DNA of 60,000 nt. Origin: Lytechinus pictus. Its lineage: Eukaryota. Under the pieces are notes generated by a model that was not told the origin of the DNA, did not search any database, and was given only the letters and a program-made list of their open reading frames with translations. A program made the translations under genes and the position numbers. This document shows, piece after piece, positions 22,699 through 34,200 of this stretch. The stretch covers positions 6,450,001 to 6,510,000 of the forward strand of contig NC_087251.1 of NCBI RefSeq assembly GCF_037042905.1, read 5' to 3'. Each line of letters opens with the position of its first letter. The stretch's first letter is position 1.

Positions 22699-22862
22699 TT
22701 TTTACGGGAATCTAAGGAACAAAGTGAATCAGCAAGCCAAAGAGTCAGCTTTGACCATAATGAAGAGACTAGATTCAATAAAGCTGTTTTGACTATTGTT
22801 TACCCAGTATGAGAACACGTGCGAGCTTTCGTTTGTTTGTCGTCGTAGTCCGGGCAGGCACA

Positions 22863-22873
22863 GTAAAAACACT
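22863..22873 (+). promoter_or_regulatory. Non-tRNA primer-binding site candidate GTAAAAACACT
   Basis: Directly abuts the 5' LTR; no TGG; 11/11 complement of the spliced LTR junction AGTG(21969-21972)|TTTTTAC(22699-22705). Confidence 0.6.
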
Positions 22874-24284
22874 TCCAACGTAGCGTCAAAATGGCCTCAT
22901 CATCATCAACAAGCCTGATTATCAAGATGGAGCCAATAAATAGACGCTAGACATTTGAGTTGAGTTCAACATGACATTTCAGCTGGATGAACCTACGAAC
23001 ATACATATGTAACTACGTTTGGCGACGAGCACAGGATATACGCTAGAGATCAGCTAGAATTGCACCATAACGCATGAATCTCAGAATCTGAGTGGATGTT
23101 GATGGATTTTGATTTGGATTGTGAAACGATGTTGTGATCCAGTCATTTCTCATATGTCTCAATAGTTCGAGGTATGTAGAGCTGTGTATGGACGCTATGC
23201 AGTTTGATCTACACTAATGTTACAGTTACAATGAATTATGGTTGCAATGCAGCAGTGTCATCGATTTATTATTGAGGTGTATTGTGGACGCTAAGCTGGA
23301 ATCGGCCACAATCGTTATTATACACTGTTATAAAATACGTGGCTTTACCATAATTTGCACCAGCAGTTGGCATGCAGCCATAATGTAACAGGACTAAAGC
23401 CCATGTTAGCGGATCAGCCAAGCCCAAGTCCAAGACTATTCTGTGTCAGCCTCTCGTAGCAGCCCTAGCATAATTTATGAACTAGCCTAATCCAGCTGAA
23501 GTCCAGCTTGAACAACAGCCCGGGAATCGGCCCGGTCAAGCCATACAGCCCGGGAGCCAGCGTGGTTTAGTCTTGTACAGTCCAGGTCCAGCCAGGTTTG
23601 AACTTGAAGCATAAATCAAGCCAACAACATTGAATTTATAAATGAAACATTGGATCTGAACTTGATGAAATAAAAGTAGTTAGAACCAGAGCTATAATAG
23701 GCTCTGTGAAACTTCAAGACTCTTGATAACAAATTAACAGAGGTCAAGTAAAAGTTGAATTTTAATAACTATTTCATGTATAGTAGTCTATTGAAAAGTG
23801 TTTCCAATATGATTCTGCAAATACTGCATGTTTTGTTTGCAGGTAGCCAGCATTAGTTTTGTGCTCAAGTGACACGAAAGTTAAAGGTGTAATTTCATTA
23901 CAAAGTGATATTGACATCGCAGTTCAGAGTCAAGCAAGGAAGGAATATGTGGCGATGTTGAACTTTATCGCATGATCGCGTGGTCTGCATTCAAGCCCTT
24001 TTGATAAGCGAATTTTGAGGCGTGCGTAAAGGCTTTATTGGGAGATGTAAAATCAAATTACTATGGAGTATTTGTAATTGCATTAGCAAGAAGCATTTTA
24101 AGCGGTTTTACATTGATGAGGTTGGTAGGCTTAGCGCTGTAGCTTTGCTTAAATTGATGTTTGATTTCACTCTAGTTGCATGACAATTTAATTTGGTCAA
24201 TTTGCTGTACAAGGTGCAAGTGCATGGTTTAGCATAAGAGGCCAGCTCCTTATTACACTTCTGTTGTGTCAAAGCCAATTAAAC

Positions 24285-27200
24285 ATGGCAGATTCAAGAA
24301 AGTCATCAAGGGAGAGGCAGCCCACGGAAAAAATGGCCGCTCTTCAGGCCTCTGAAGAATCAAAGACAGAGCGGAAGTTTTTCAAGATGTATGGCTCCCT
24401 TAAGGCCACAGTAAAGGCAGCTAGAACAATCATTAAGACAGAGACAGAAGAAGGTCCCATCAAACAACAGATATCCATACTGGAAGCTGGAGAGAGGGAA
24501 TTGATGGAAACCTACGAGATTTTGAGGAGACACAAGGTCCCCATAAGAGAGGCCACCACGAGGATGGACCGTGCCAACGCAATGGTCAGAGATAGCCTCA
24601 ACGCCTTGGAAGAAGTTCTGGGATCCCTAGAAGGTCCTTTTGACGCCGAGGATCGGAAGCAGATAGCGAAAGAATTCTTGAAACAAGAATATGCTTCATC
24701 GGTCTTCAGCTCAATTTTAAGCGAAATGGACCAAGGGGTTGAAACCAGCCAACTGCGTGGAGCCACACCAGTAATTGACATTGATAGCAATCCTGGACAG
24801 CCTGTAGAATCTCGTAACACACCATCACTTCTTCCTCAAGACAAAATGTACCCAGGAGTTGGAGTAAACCAACCACCTGAAGGTATTCAAGGGCAGTCAG
24901 CAGAATTTCCTGCCAAGACGTCATCTCCTTCCTTTCAAGATGAGATGGGCCCAGAGTTTAGAGTAGGCCAGCTACATGATAGTCTACCTGATTCGCATGT
25001 GGAACCTCGTGACAAGACACCACTACAGCCGCCTCAGACAACGTCGGTTGACGTCCAGGGCTTATGTAAGGCTTTAGCAGACAACATGTACCACACAAGA
25101 CTTCCGATGCCAGTGCCACGCACCTTTAGTGGGGATCCGCTCGAGTTTGTAGAGTTCGACAAAGGTTTCAAGACTTTGATCGAAAACCGTGGCATACCAC
25201 CAACAGAGATGCTGTATTACCTGAAGCAGTACCTGACTGGTCCGGCAAGGGAGGCCGTGGAAGGTTTCTTTTTCGGGGACTCCAAAGAGGCATATGATGG
25301 GGCATGGAGGTGCCTTCGACAGAGGTATGGTCATCCTTTTAATATCCAACAGGCGTTCCGGAAGAAGCTAAGTGCTTGGCCGAAGATAGCCTCCAAAGAT
25401 GCCATAGGTCTTCAGAAGTTTGCGGACTACTTAAAGTCTTGTGATGATGCTATGCCATATGTCACTGGCCTCCAGGTGCTAAACGACTGCTATGAGAATC
25501 AAAAGATGATAGCCAAACTTCCAGACTGGCTGATTAGTAGCTGGAATAGGGTGGTATCAAATGAGTTGGAAGGCGGCAGCTATCCTTCATTTTCTAAGTT
25601 TGTGAAATTTGTTGCTAAGGAGGCAAGGATAGCCAACAATCCCATTTCTTCTCTAGGTGCCCTGAAATCTGAGGACTCTCAAAGAGAATCAAGTCCCAAG
25701 ACCTTCAAGATCAAGCGAGAAGCAAGAAATAAAGGATCTGCTTTGGCTGTCAACACCAAGGAAAGTGCCAAAGGCAAGAACATCCCAAACCAAGTCAAGA
25801 AGGCTCCAAAACCTTGCTGCCTGTGTAGTGAAACTGGACACAAGTCCGAGGACTGTGACAAGTTTTTGGCCAAGCCACTTTCTGAACGCAGGAAGTTTGT
25901 TCAAGAAAATCATGTATGCTTTGGTTGCTTACAGAAGGGGCATTTTTCTAAGGCATGTAAACAAAGGCTGAAGTGTAGTACATGTGGTAAGCGCCATCCC
26001 ACGGCTCTTCATGAGGAAAACCCTACGATAAGAGAGGACAATGCGCACAAGAGTGAAGGAGCTTCTAAGGACAGGGCTACGTCTTGCCAAGTCCGTTCTG
26101 GAAAACAAGCTAGCACTTCGATGATTGTACCAGTGTGGGTCGCGGCAGAACAAGCACCATCGTCAGAGATTCTGACTTACGCCCTCCTGGATACCCAGAG
26201 TGATTCATCGTTCATTCTAGATGAAGTAGCGCAAGCCCTGAATGCTAAGCAGCAACCCATACGCTTAAAGTTATCTACTATGACTTCGTCATCGAACATT
26301 GATTGCAGCGTGACCTCAAGTATCTTAGTTAGAGGTATGATGTCGCCCTCCCAGCTCAAGATAGGAAAATGCTATACGCGTGACTTCATACCGACTGATA
26401 GAGAACACATCCCAAGCAGAAGTACTGCTGAAAAGTGGACTCATCTCCAAGATGTTGCAAGAGAGATGCCAGCACTTCAGAGATGCGAAGTCGGCCTACT
26501 GATAGGCTATAATTGCCCAAGAGCTCTGACACCAAGACAAGTAGTTACTGGTAGCGATGTAGAACCATTTGCTGTTCGAACTGACCTCGGCTGGAGTATT
26601 GTTGGCTTTGCCGAAGAAGAGAATGCCATGGACTTCAGTAGCCAGTGTGGGAGGGTTTCTACTCGCGAGATACCATTTCCGAAGCCAAAGGAGATCATAG
26701 GGTTGCTTGAGGCAGATTTCGCAGAGGACAAATCGCCGGACAAAGCATGCTCTCAGAATGACCTACAATTCTTGAAACACCTTGAGACCAACATTGTACA
26801 ATGCGAGGATGGTCATTTGCAGATGCCGCTGCCCTTCAAGACCCGGCCAAACCTTCCAAGCAATAAAAGGTTGGCAACCGTTCGATTCGAACACCTCCAT
26901 CGAAAGCTTAAGAAGGACGAAGCATATAGAGACAACTATACAAGCTTCATGACAGATATCATTAATGGTGGCTTTGCAGAACAAGTAGAGACCAAGGCGC
27001 CGCCTGGAGAAACAAATTACATACCACATCATGGTGTGTACCATCCAATGAAGAAGAAGATGAGAATAGTGTTTGATTGTTCCGCGAAGTACGGCGGCAC
27101 CTGCCTTAACGATCATCTGCTCAAGGGACCGGACATGATAAACTCATTGGTGGGAGTCCTTTGTCGGTTCAGGAAGCACAATGTAGCAGTGCTATGTGAT

Positions 27201-30011
27201 GTTGAGAAGATGTTCTTTCAGTTTAGGGTCGCTGAGGATGACCGAGACCTCCTGCGCTTCCTGTGGTTCCAAGATAACGACATCAACAAGGAGCCAGTGG
27301 ATTATCGCATGAACGTCCATCTTTTTGGTGCCGCTTCTTCGCCAGGTTGCGCCAATTATGGCTTAAAGTATCTGGCTAGACATTGCAGCAATGAATTTCC
27401 ATTGGCATCTCGTTTCGTCGAGCGCAGCTTCTATGTGGATGATGGGCTGGTGAGTGTATCCAGTGAAGAGGAAGCCATTCAGTTGGCCAATGAAGCCAGA
27501 CAACTTTGCAGCAAGGGTGGCTTACGTCTCCACAAGTTTGTTTCGAATTCTAAGGCAGTTCTGGAGAGTCTGCCAAAGTCTGAGCGTGCCAGTGATGTCA
27601 CTGACTCAAACTTGGATTTTGAGGATCAAGTAGAGCGTGCTCTGGGGATAGTTTGGAATGTGGCCACGGATGCCTTTTGTTTCAGAATTTCCCTGAAAGA
27701 GAAACCAATGACACGGCGGGGAATTCTGTCCATAGTCGCATCCCTTTATGACCCTCTCGGATTTGTGGCTCCGGTCGTTCTCGATGGCAAGAGAATCCTT
27801 CAAGAAATGTGTCGTAGCGGGCTTGGGTGGGATGATCCAGTATCCGAGAACCTGCAATCAAGGTGGGAGCAATGGTGTAAGGAAATCCCGCAGCTAGAGG
27901 AGCTAAGAATACCTCGGTGTTATCATCCTGCTGAGTTTGGTGATCCTGTAACAGTGCAGCTACACCATTTCTCGGATGCCAGCAAGTCTGGTTATGGCCA
28001 ATGCTCTTATTTGCGTCTTGTTAACCAGAAAGGAGAAGTTCACTGTTGTCTGATCTTCGGCAAATCAAGGGTTGCGCCAACCAAGGTGGTTACAATTCCC
28101 AGGTTAGAGTTGACAGCGGCAGTTGTGTCAGCTAAGGTGCACTCTATGTTGAAAGAAGAGCTAGAGTATCATGATGCCGAAGATTTCTTCTGGACAGATT
28201 CCCAAGTAGTCCTGGGATACATCCACAATGATGCGCGGAGGTTCCACACGTTTGTTGCTAATCGAGTCCAGCTAATTAGAGATAGGACTTCTCCCGACCA
28301 ATGGCATTATGTCTCGACTGATCAGAACCCTGCTGACCATGCTTCCAGAGGATTGAGCGTAAGTCAGCTGGGTAGCACAAATTGGTTCCAAGGACCAAGC
28401 TTCCTCTGGGAGAAAGACTTTGCAGTAGGAAGTATCTCTCCGACACTCGCCGTTGGGGATCCGGAAGTGAGAGCAACCAACCTATCGACAACTACTCATT
28501 CGGAACCGTTGAACCTCCTCTCGCGCCTTACCAGGATCTCTAGTTGGAAGATGATGATCAAGGTATTGGCTCGTCTACGGATGGTAGTGAAGGGAGCAAG
28601 ACAAGGTTCCTTAGTTCGTGAGAGAAAGGACGCAGAGCTGTTCGTTCTGCGGTTAGTTCAACAGGAAGCTTACCCTGAAGAAATCAAGGCTCTGACGTCG
28701 GACAAGACCGTTAAAACGACAAGTACCATCCATGACCTTGACCCAATAATCCTTGATGGGATCACGCGAGTGAAGGGCAGACTTGGCGAACTATCGACAG
28801 AAGTGGCTCACCCTGTTATCCTGCCCAAGCGTAGCCCTATCACTCGGGCGATTATCCGCCACTTCCATGAGGACATCAAACATCAGGGTCGAGGAATGAC
28901 GCAGAATCACCTGAGAGCCAATGGATTCTGGATTGTAAACGGATCTAAAGTCGTTGCAGAGGTATTGCGAAAGTGTGTGTCATGCAGACGTCTTCGTAGG
29001 CCTCAAGAAGAGCAGAAAATGGCAAACTTGCCAAGAGATCGAGTAGAACCTTCGGCTCCTTTCACGAATGTGGGTATGGATTGTTTCGGTCCTTTCTTTG
29101 TAAGGAGAGGTCGTTCTGATATTAAGCGATATGGGCTTATATTCACATGTCTCTGTTCAAGAGGTATCCACATTGAGATGCTCGACGACATGACTACCGA
29201 CGCATTCATCAATGCTCTCCGCTGTTTCATAGCAATTAGGGGAGCTGTCAGACAGATTAGGTGCGACCAAGGCAGTAACTTCGTAGGAGCAAGAAACGAG
29301 CTCCAATCTGCATTGAGAGAGATGACTTCAGACCAAGTGAATACGTACCTTGCAGACCAGCAATGTGAATTTGTCTTCAACGCCCCTCACTCAAGTCACG
29401 CAGGTGGCGTGTGGGAAAGACAGATTCGAACCGTCAGAAGTGTCTTAAGGGCTACCATAGACCTGTGTCCAGGAAGACTCACAGACTCCGCTCTTCGTAC
29501 CTTGTTTTACGAAGCCATGGCAATCGTCAATAGCCGACCGTTAACAGTGACCAATATGAATGACCCAAGTGCGGATGCACCTCTCACGCCAAACCACCTC
29601 CTTACTCTGAAGAGGACGGTTCCGTTGCCCCCTCCTGGGCAATTTGTGAAGGAGGATGTGTACACGCGTAAAGCCTGGAGAAGGGTTCAGTTCTTACTGG
29701 AACAGTTCTGGTCAAGATGGCGGAAAGAGTACTTGTTGGGACTTCAAAGACGACAGAAATGGACGATGCCCAGACGGAATTTACAAGTGGGAGACATTGT
29801 ATTGCTCACTGACGATGAAGCTCCGCGTATGAAATGGCCAATTGCGATGGTCGCAGAAGCCACTCCTGATGAAGATGGTCTGGTCAGACGGGTACAGGTG
29901 CGCGTTGGAACGAAAGACCTTGACAACAAAGGTCGTCCAAACAAGAAGCTTGCCGAATACTGGAGGCCGGTTCAGAAGCTCGTACTGCTTCTGGAAAAGG
30001 TACCTCCATAG
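24285..30011 (+). CDS. BEL/Pao gag-pol polyprotein (~1908 aa from the first ATG)
   Basis: Uninterrupted ORF: DUF1759-like gag (FSGDPLEF), three Cys/His knuckles (CCLCSETGHKSEDC, CFGCLQKGHFSKAC, CSTCGKRHPTALH), protease ALLDTQS, RT FYVDD, RNase H LHHFSDAS...TIPRLEL, integrase HEDIKH...CVSC, GMDCFGP, CDQGSNF, WERQI, DUF5641-like C-terminus. Confidence 0.97.
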   Translation: MADSRKSSRERQPTEKMAALQASEESKTERKFFKMYGSLKATVKAARTIIKTETEEGPIKQQISILEAGERELMETYEILRRHKVPIREATTRMDRANAMVRDSLNALEEVLGSLEGPFDAEDRKQIAKEFLKQEYASSVFSSILSEMDQGVETSQLRGATPVIDIDSNPGQPVESRNTPSLLPQDKMYPGVGVNQPPEGIQGQSAEFPAKTSSPSFQDEMGPEFRVGQLHDSLPDSHVEPRDKTPLQPPQTTSVDVQGLCKALADNMYHTRLPMPVPRTFSGDPLEFVEFDKGFKTLIENRGIPPTEMLYYLKQYLTGPAREAVEGFFFGDSKEAYDGAWRCLRQRYGHPFNIQQAFRKKLSAWPKIASKDAIGLQKFADYLKSCDDAMPYVTGLQVLNDCYENQKMIAKLPDWLISSWNRVVSNELEGGSYPSFSKFVKFVAKEARIANNPISSLGALKSEDSQRESSPKTFKIKREARNKGSALAVNTKESAKGKNIPNQVKKAPKPCCLCSETGHKSEDCDKFLAKPLSERRKFVQENHVCFGCLQKGHFSKACKQRLKCSTCGKRHPTALHEENPTIREDNAHKSEGASKDRATSCQVRSGKQASTSMIVPVWVAAEQAPSSEILTYALLDTQSDSSFILDEVAQALNAKQQPIRLKLSTMTSSSNIDCSVTSSILVRGMMSPSQLKIGKCYTRDFIPTDREHIPSRSTAEKWTHLQDVAREMPALQRCEVGLLIGYNCPRALTPRQVVTGSDVEPFAVRTDLGWSIVGFAEEENAMDFSSQCGRVSTREIPFPKPKEIIGLLEADFAEDKSPDKACSQNDLQFLKHLETNIVQCEDGHLQMPLPFKTRPNLPSNKRLATVRFEHLHRKLKKDEAYRDNYTSFMTDIINGGFAEQVETKAPPGETNYIPHHGVYHPMKKKMRIVFDCSAKYGGTCLNDHLLKGPDMINSLVGVLCRFRKHNVAVLCDVEKMFFQFRVAEDDRDLLRFLWFQDNDINKEPVDYRMNVHLFGAASSPGCANYGLKYLARHCSNEFPLASRFVERSFYVDDGLVSVSSEEEAIQLANEARQLCSKGGLRLHKFVSNSKAVLESLPKSERASDVTDSNLDFEDQVERALGIVWNVATDAFCFRISLKEKPMTRRGILSIVASLYDPLGFVAPVVLDGKRILQEMCRSGLGWDDPVSENLQSRWEQWCKEIPQLEELRIPRCYHPAEFGDPVTVQLHHFSDASKSGYGQCSYLRLVNQKGEVHCCLIFGKSRVAPTKVVTIPRLELTAAVVSAKVHSMLKEELEYHDAEDFFWTDSQVVLGYIHNDARRFHTFVANRVQLIRDRTSPDQWHYVSTDQNPADHASRGLSVSQLGSTNWFQGPSFLWEKDFAVGSISPTLAVGDPEVRATNLSTTTHSEPLNLLSRLTRISSWKMMIKVLARLRMVVKGARQGSLVRERKDAELFVLRLVQQEAYPEEIKALTSDKTVKTTSTIHDLDPIILDGITRVKGRLGELSTEVAHPVILPKRSPITRAIIRHFHEDIKHQGRGMTQNHLRANGFWIVNGSKVVAEVLRKCVSCRRLRRPQEEQKMANLPRDRVEPSAPFTNVGMDCFGPFFVRRGRSDIKRYGLIFTCLCSRGIHIEMLDDMTTDAFINALRCFIAIRGAVRQIRCDQGSNFVGARNELQSALREMTSDQVNTYLADQQCEFVFNAPHSSHAGGVWERQIRTVRSVLRATIDLCPGRLTDSALRTLFYEAMAIVNSRPLTVTNMNDPSADAPLTPNHLLTLKRTVPLPPPGQFVKEDVYTRKAWRRVQFLLEQFWSRWRKEYLLGLQRRQKWTMPRRNLQVGDIVLLTDDEAPRMKWPIAMVAEATPDEDGLVRRVQVRVGTKDLDNKGRPNKKLAEYWRPVQKLVLLLEKVPP

Positions 30012-31251
30012 AGCAGGTATGTATGTACACTTGAGATTGTTTGGAGCGGGTACAAATGTTTGACCTTGCATTTGCACATGTACTTCGTTTTCTGGTACAG
30101 TTTAAAAATTTAGGACTCAAATTCTGATCTTGTTTGCTGCGAATTTTAGATACACAGCGCTTAAATATTGTCGCAACCTTTAAGCTTGCCTTACAACCTT
30201 TGCAGTGTGTGTTATAATCTTTTACAGCACATGTTATAAACGTGCATTGTTTGAGTTCCGCATCATCACTTATGCCATTCTGGTTTGATCAAGCTATTCA
30301 ATTGCCATGTTATTCGTGTTGTAGATTGCAAGTGTACCAATTTACATGCAAGAGGTGTATGGAGTGCTTGCTTAAAAATTTCCATATTATGGTCACATTA
30401 TTTCACATGCACCACTTATGTAATACTAGTAAATGCATTTTCATATATATGTAAGTGTACTCATGCATGTGATTATGTTACCAGTGAAGGCAAATTTGGT
30501 GGGAGTGTAAAGGCACTTCATACACCGTGCGGTTGTAATTGTCTATTTGGCATTCCATAATTTTATCGTCTGCGAAGATTGTAATTTTTGGCCCAAAACT
30601 GGGGCACGTTATGGCGATGGAAAAGGAATTGCATCGTTAATCGGCATATTATTTATGCCTGCCTGAGACTTTGGTAACAAGTGGCACAGTGGTAAGCATA
30701 AATAGAACTTTTAGGTTTAATTTCAAGAGAACTCGCTCAGTATGCATACAGCAATCAGTGTTATCCTACTGTAGAACTTCAATAGCTCGTGTATCAGATT
30801 GATGCATTGTACGCATAGTGTGCAGGTCTTTGTGTAGTACTATAATTATGAATATTTGTTTGTATGGAAATATACAGAAACTCTTAATCAGTATCGAATT
30901 TATTGTGTAATGATAACTCAACTAGATTAAACTCAAACCTCAGTCCTGAGGAAATAAGCACTCAAATACGCCAAAACTTGATATAAGATGGTTGACATTA
31001 CATTTATTGCTCACATAACATTTTTGCAATTACATTGTCTATTTAAGCTGTTTTCGACACCCATTGTATACAGTTAAATACATTTACAAATATTCCTTAT
31101 TTGTAGGATATCAGTTTAGAGTTTATTTCTAATTTTCACAACACTTAGTGTATTAAATACTGGACAGTATTGCTATTATGATAATTTAAGTCCAATTACT
31201 TTAAATTGAAGTTAATTGTTATTCACCTTAGTATAATGTTTAGACTCATAA

Positions 31252-34200
31252 ATTAATGTTGTAAATCGGATCAAAAATCAGATCGAAAATCGGATCGGCA
31301 GTTAAGCTTCTAAAATCGAAATCGAATCGAAAATCGAATCGGCGATGTTTAAAAACAAAGGAATACATCAAAATGTTGTTCGCGGTCGCGCGCATCTTCC
31401 TGACAAAGTCACAAAGACGAATGCATTGGAATGGAAGTCGCCAACATGCGCGATCGTTTTAAAGCCAGGGGTTTTGAGGTGTTATTGCTTTAAAATAAAC
31501 CGAGTGATTTTTATTAGAAAGATAAACGAAAGACGCATCTTCCGAGCAAAGGCGCAAAGGAAAATAAAATGAAAATATTTCTCATAGATCACAGGTTAAT
31601 GAACGATCGGCGGGACATCTTTTAGAAGTATTTTTAGGTGCTAGCGATTTAGAATTATTGGAATGATCTCTTACGACGCATCATCTTAAAGTCGCAAGTG
31701 CAATTAAAATGAAGTAGAAGACGCAAGCACGCACAATAAGCTCCGTCAATAGTACAGTCTTTAAAAGTTTATGGCGGGGTCCGCTATCACCACGAGGTTG
31801 AAAATAAAATGTATATCATCATAAACGATGTAAGAGAGTAACGCAATAAGCTCCGTCAGTAGCACGATCTTTAAAAGTTCACGGCGGGGTCCGCTATCAC
31901 CACGAGGTTGAAAATAAAATGTAAATCATCATAAACGATGTAAGAGAGTAACGCAATAAGCTCCGTCAATAGTACAGTCTTTAAAAGTTTATGGCGGGGT
32001 CCGCTATCACCACGAGGTTGAAGAGAAGATTTATATCATTATAAAGGGGGTAAGAGAGTAGCGCAGTGAGCTCCGTCGGTAATACGACCTTTCAAAGTTC
32101 ACGGCGGCATCCGCTATCACCACGAGGTTGAAAATAAAATGTATATCATCATAAACGATGTAAGAGAGTAACGCAATAAGCTCCGTCAGTAGCACGATCT
32201 TCAAAAGTTCACGGCGGGGTCCGCTATCACCACGAGGTTGAAAATAAAATGTAAATCATCATAAACGATGTAAGAGAGTAACGCAATGAGCTCCGTCAAT
32301 AGTACGACCTTTCAAACTTCACGGCGGCATCCGCTATCACCACGAGGTTGAAAATAAAATGTATATCATCATAAACGATGTAAGAGAGTAACGCAATGAG
32401 CTCCGTCAATAGTACGACCTTTCAAAGTTCACGGCGGCATCCGCTATCACCACGAGGTTGAAAATAAAATGTATATCATCATAAACGATGTAAGAGAGTA
32501 ACGCAATAAGCTCCGTCAATAGTACAGTCTTTAAAAGTTTATGGCGGGGTCCGCTATCACCACGAGGTTGAAAATAAAATGTAAATCATCATAAACGATG
32601 TAAGAGAGTAACGCAATGAGCTCCGTCAATAGTACGACCTTTCAAAGTTCACGGCGGCATCCGCTATCACCACGAGGTTGAAAATAAAATGTATATCATC
32701 ATAAACGATGTAAGAGAGTAGCGCAGTGAGCTCCGTCGGTAATACGACCTTTCAAAGTTCACGGCGGCATCCGCTATCACCACGAGGTTGAAAATAAAAT
32801 GTATATCATCATAAACGATGTAAGAGAGTAACGCAATAAGCTCCGTCAATAGTACAGTCTTTAAAAGTTTATGGCGGGGTCCGCTATCACCACGAGGTTG
32901 AAGAGAAGATTTATATCATCATAAACGATGTAAGAGAGTAACGCAATAAGCTCCGTCAATAGTACAGTCTTTAAAAGTTTATGGCGGGGTCCGCTATCAC
33001 CACGAGGTTGAAGAGAAGATTTATATCATTATAAAGGGGGTAAGAGAGTAGCGCAGTGAGCTCCGTCGGTAATACGACCTTTCAAAGTTCACGGCGGCAT
33101 CCGCTATCACCACGAGGTTGAAAATAAAATGTATATCATCATAAACGATGTAAGAGAGTAACGCAGTGAGCTCCGTCGGTAATACGACCTTTCAAAGTTC
33201 ACGGCGGCGTCCGCTATCACCACGAGGTTGAAAATAAAATGTATATCATCATAAACGATGTAAGAGAGTAAAGCTCCGTCAATAGTACAGTCTTTAAAAG
33301 TTTATGGCGGGGTCCGCTATCACCACGAGGTTGAAGAGAAGATTTATATCATTATAAAGGGGGTAAGAGAGTAGCGCAGTGAGCTCCGTCGGTAATACGA
33401 CCTTTCAAAGTTCATGGCGGCTTCCGCTATCACCACGAGGTTGAAAATAAAATGAATATCATCATAAACGATGTAAGAGAGCAACGCAATAAGCTCCGTC
33501 AATAGTACAGTCTTTAAAAGTTTATGGCGGGGTCCGCTATCACCACGAGGTTGAAGAGAAGATTTATATCATTATAAACGATGTAAGAGAGTAACGCAAT
33601 GAGCTCCGTCAGTAGCACGATTTTTAAAAGTTCACGGCGGGGTCCGCTATCACCACGAGGTTGAAAATAAAATGTATATCATCATAAACGATGTAAGAGA
33701 GTAACGCAATAAGCTCCGTCAATAGTACAGTCTTTAAAAGTTTATGGCGGGGTCCGCTATCACCACGAGGTTGAAGAGAAGATTTATATCATTATAAAGG
33801 GGGTAAGAGAGTAGCGCAGTGAGCTCCGTCGGTAATACGACCTTTCAAAGTTCACGGCGGCATCCGCTATCACCACGAGGTTGAAAATAAAATGTATATA
33901 ATCATAAACGATGTAAGAGAGTAACGCAGTGAGCTCCGTCGGTAATACGACCTTTCAAAGTTCACGGCGGCATCCGCTATCACCATGAGTTGGAAGAGAA
34001 GCGGAAGAGAAGATATCTATCCTCTTGAACATCGCCATAGATAATACCGCGTCTTTCTCCCTGAATAATGCGACCTCTAAATAGCTAGCACCTCAAAAAC
34101 AATCTTGAAATATGTTCTGAGCGATCACGCACTGTAACCAGATCTACGCCGATTTTTATTTTCGATTTTTTCCTTCAAGGGGCATGATCGAAGATCGGCA

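Larger units (their letters stand above)
21787..22862 (+). repeat. 5' LTR (1076 bp)
   Basis: tgtaaaggcac...gcaggcaca; AATAAA at 22777-22782; TATA-like tatttat 21931-21937; no differences from the 3' LTR seen by eye apart from the insertion. Confidence 0.96.

Noticed and set aside
24512..30120. Many minus-strand ORFs over the BEL polyprotein
   Set aside because: Antisense shadows of a long coding frame; no recognisable domains.
30012..30505. env-like ORF downstream of pol
   Set aside because: Under 500 bp, with only short ORFs lacking recognisable motifs.
31732..33999. CRISPR-like array (constant core alternating with variable segments)
   Set aside because: The variable segments are a few reused, mutually homologous alleles rather than unique spacers; eukaryotic context, no cas genes.
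31732..33999. Coding repeat or hammerhead array
   Set aside because: Unit length 110 is not a multiple of 3, there is no long ORF, and I found no CUGANGA...GAAA core on either strand.
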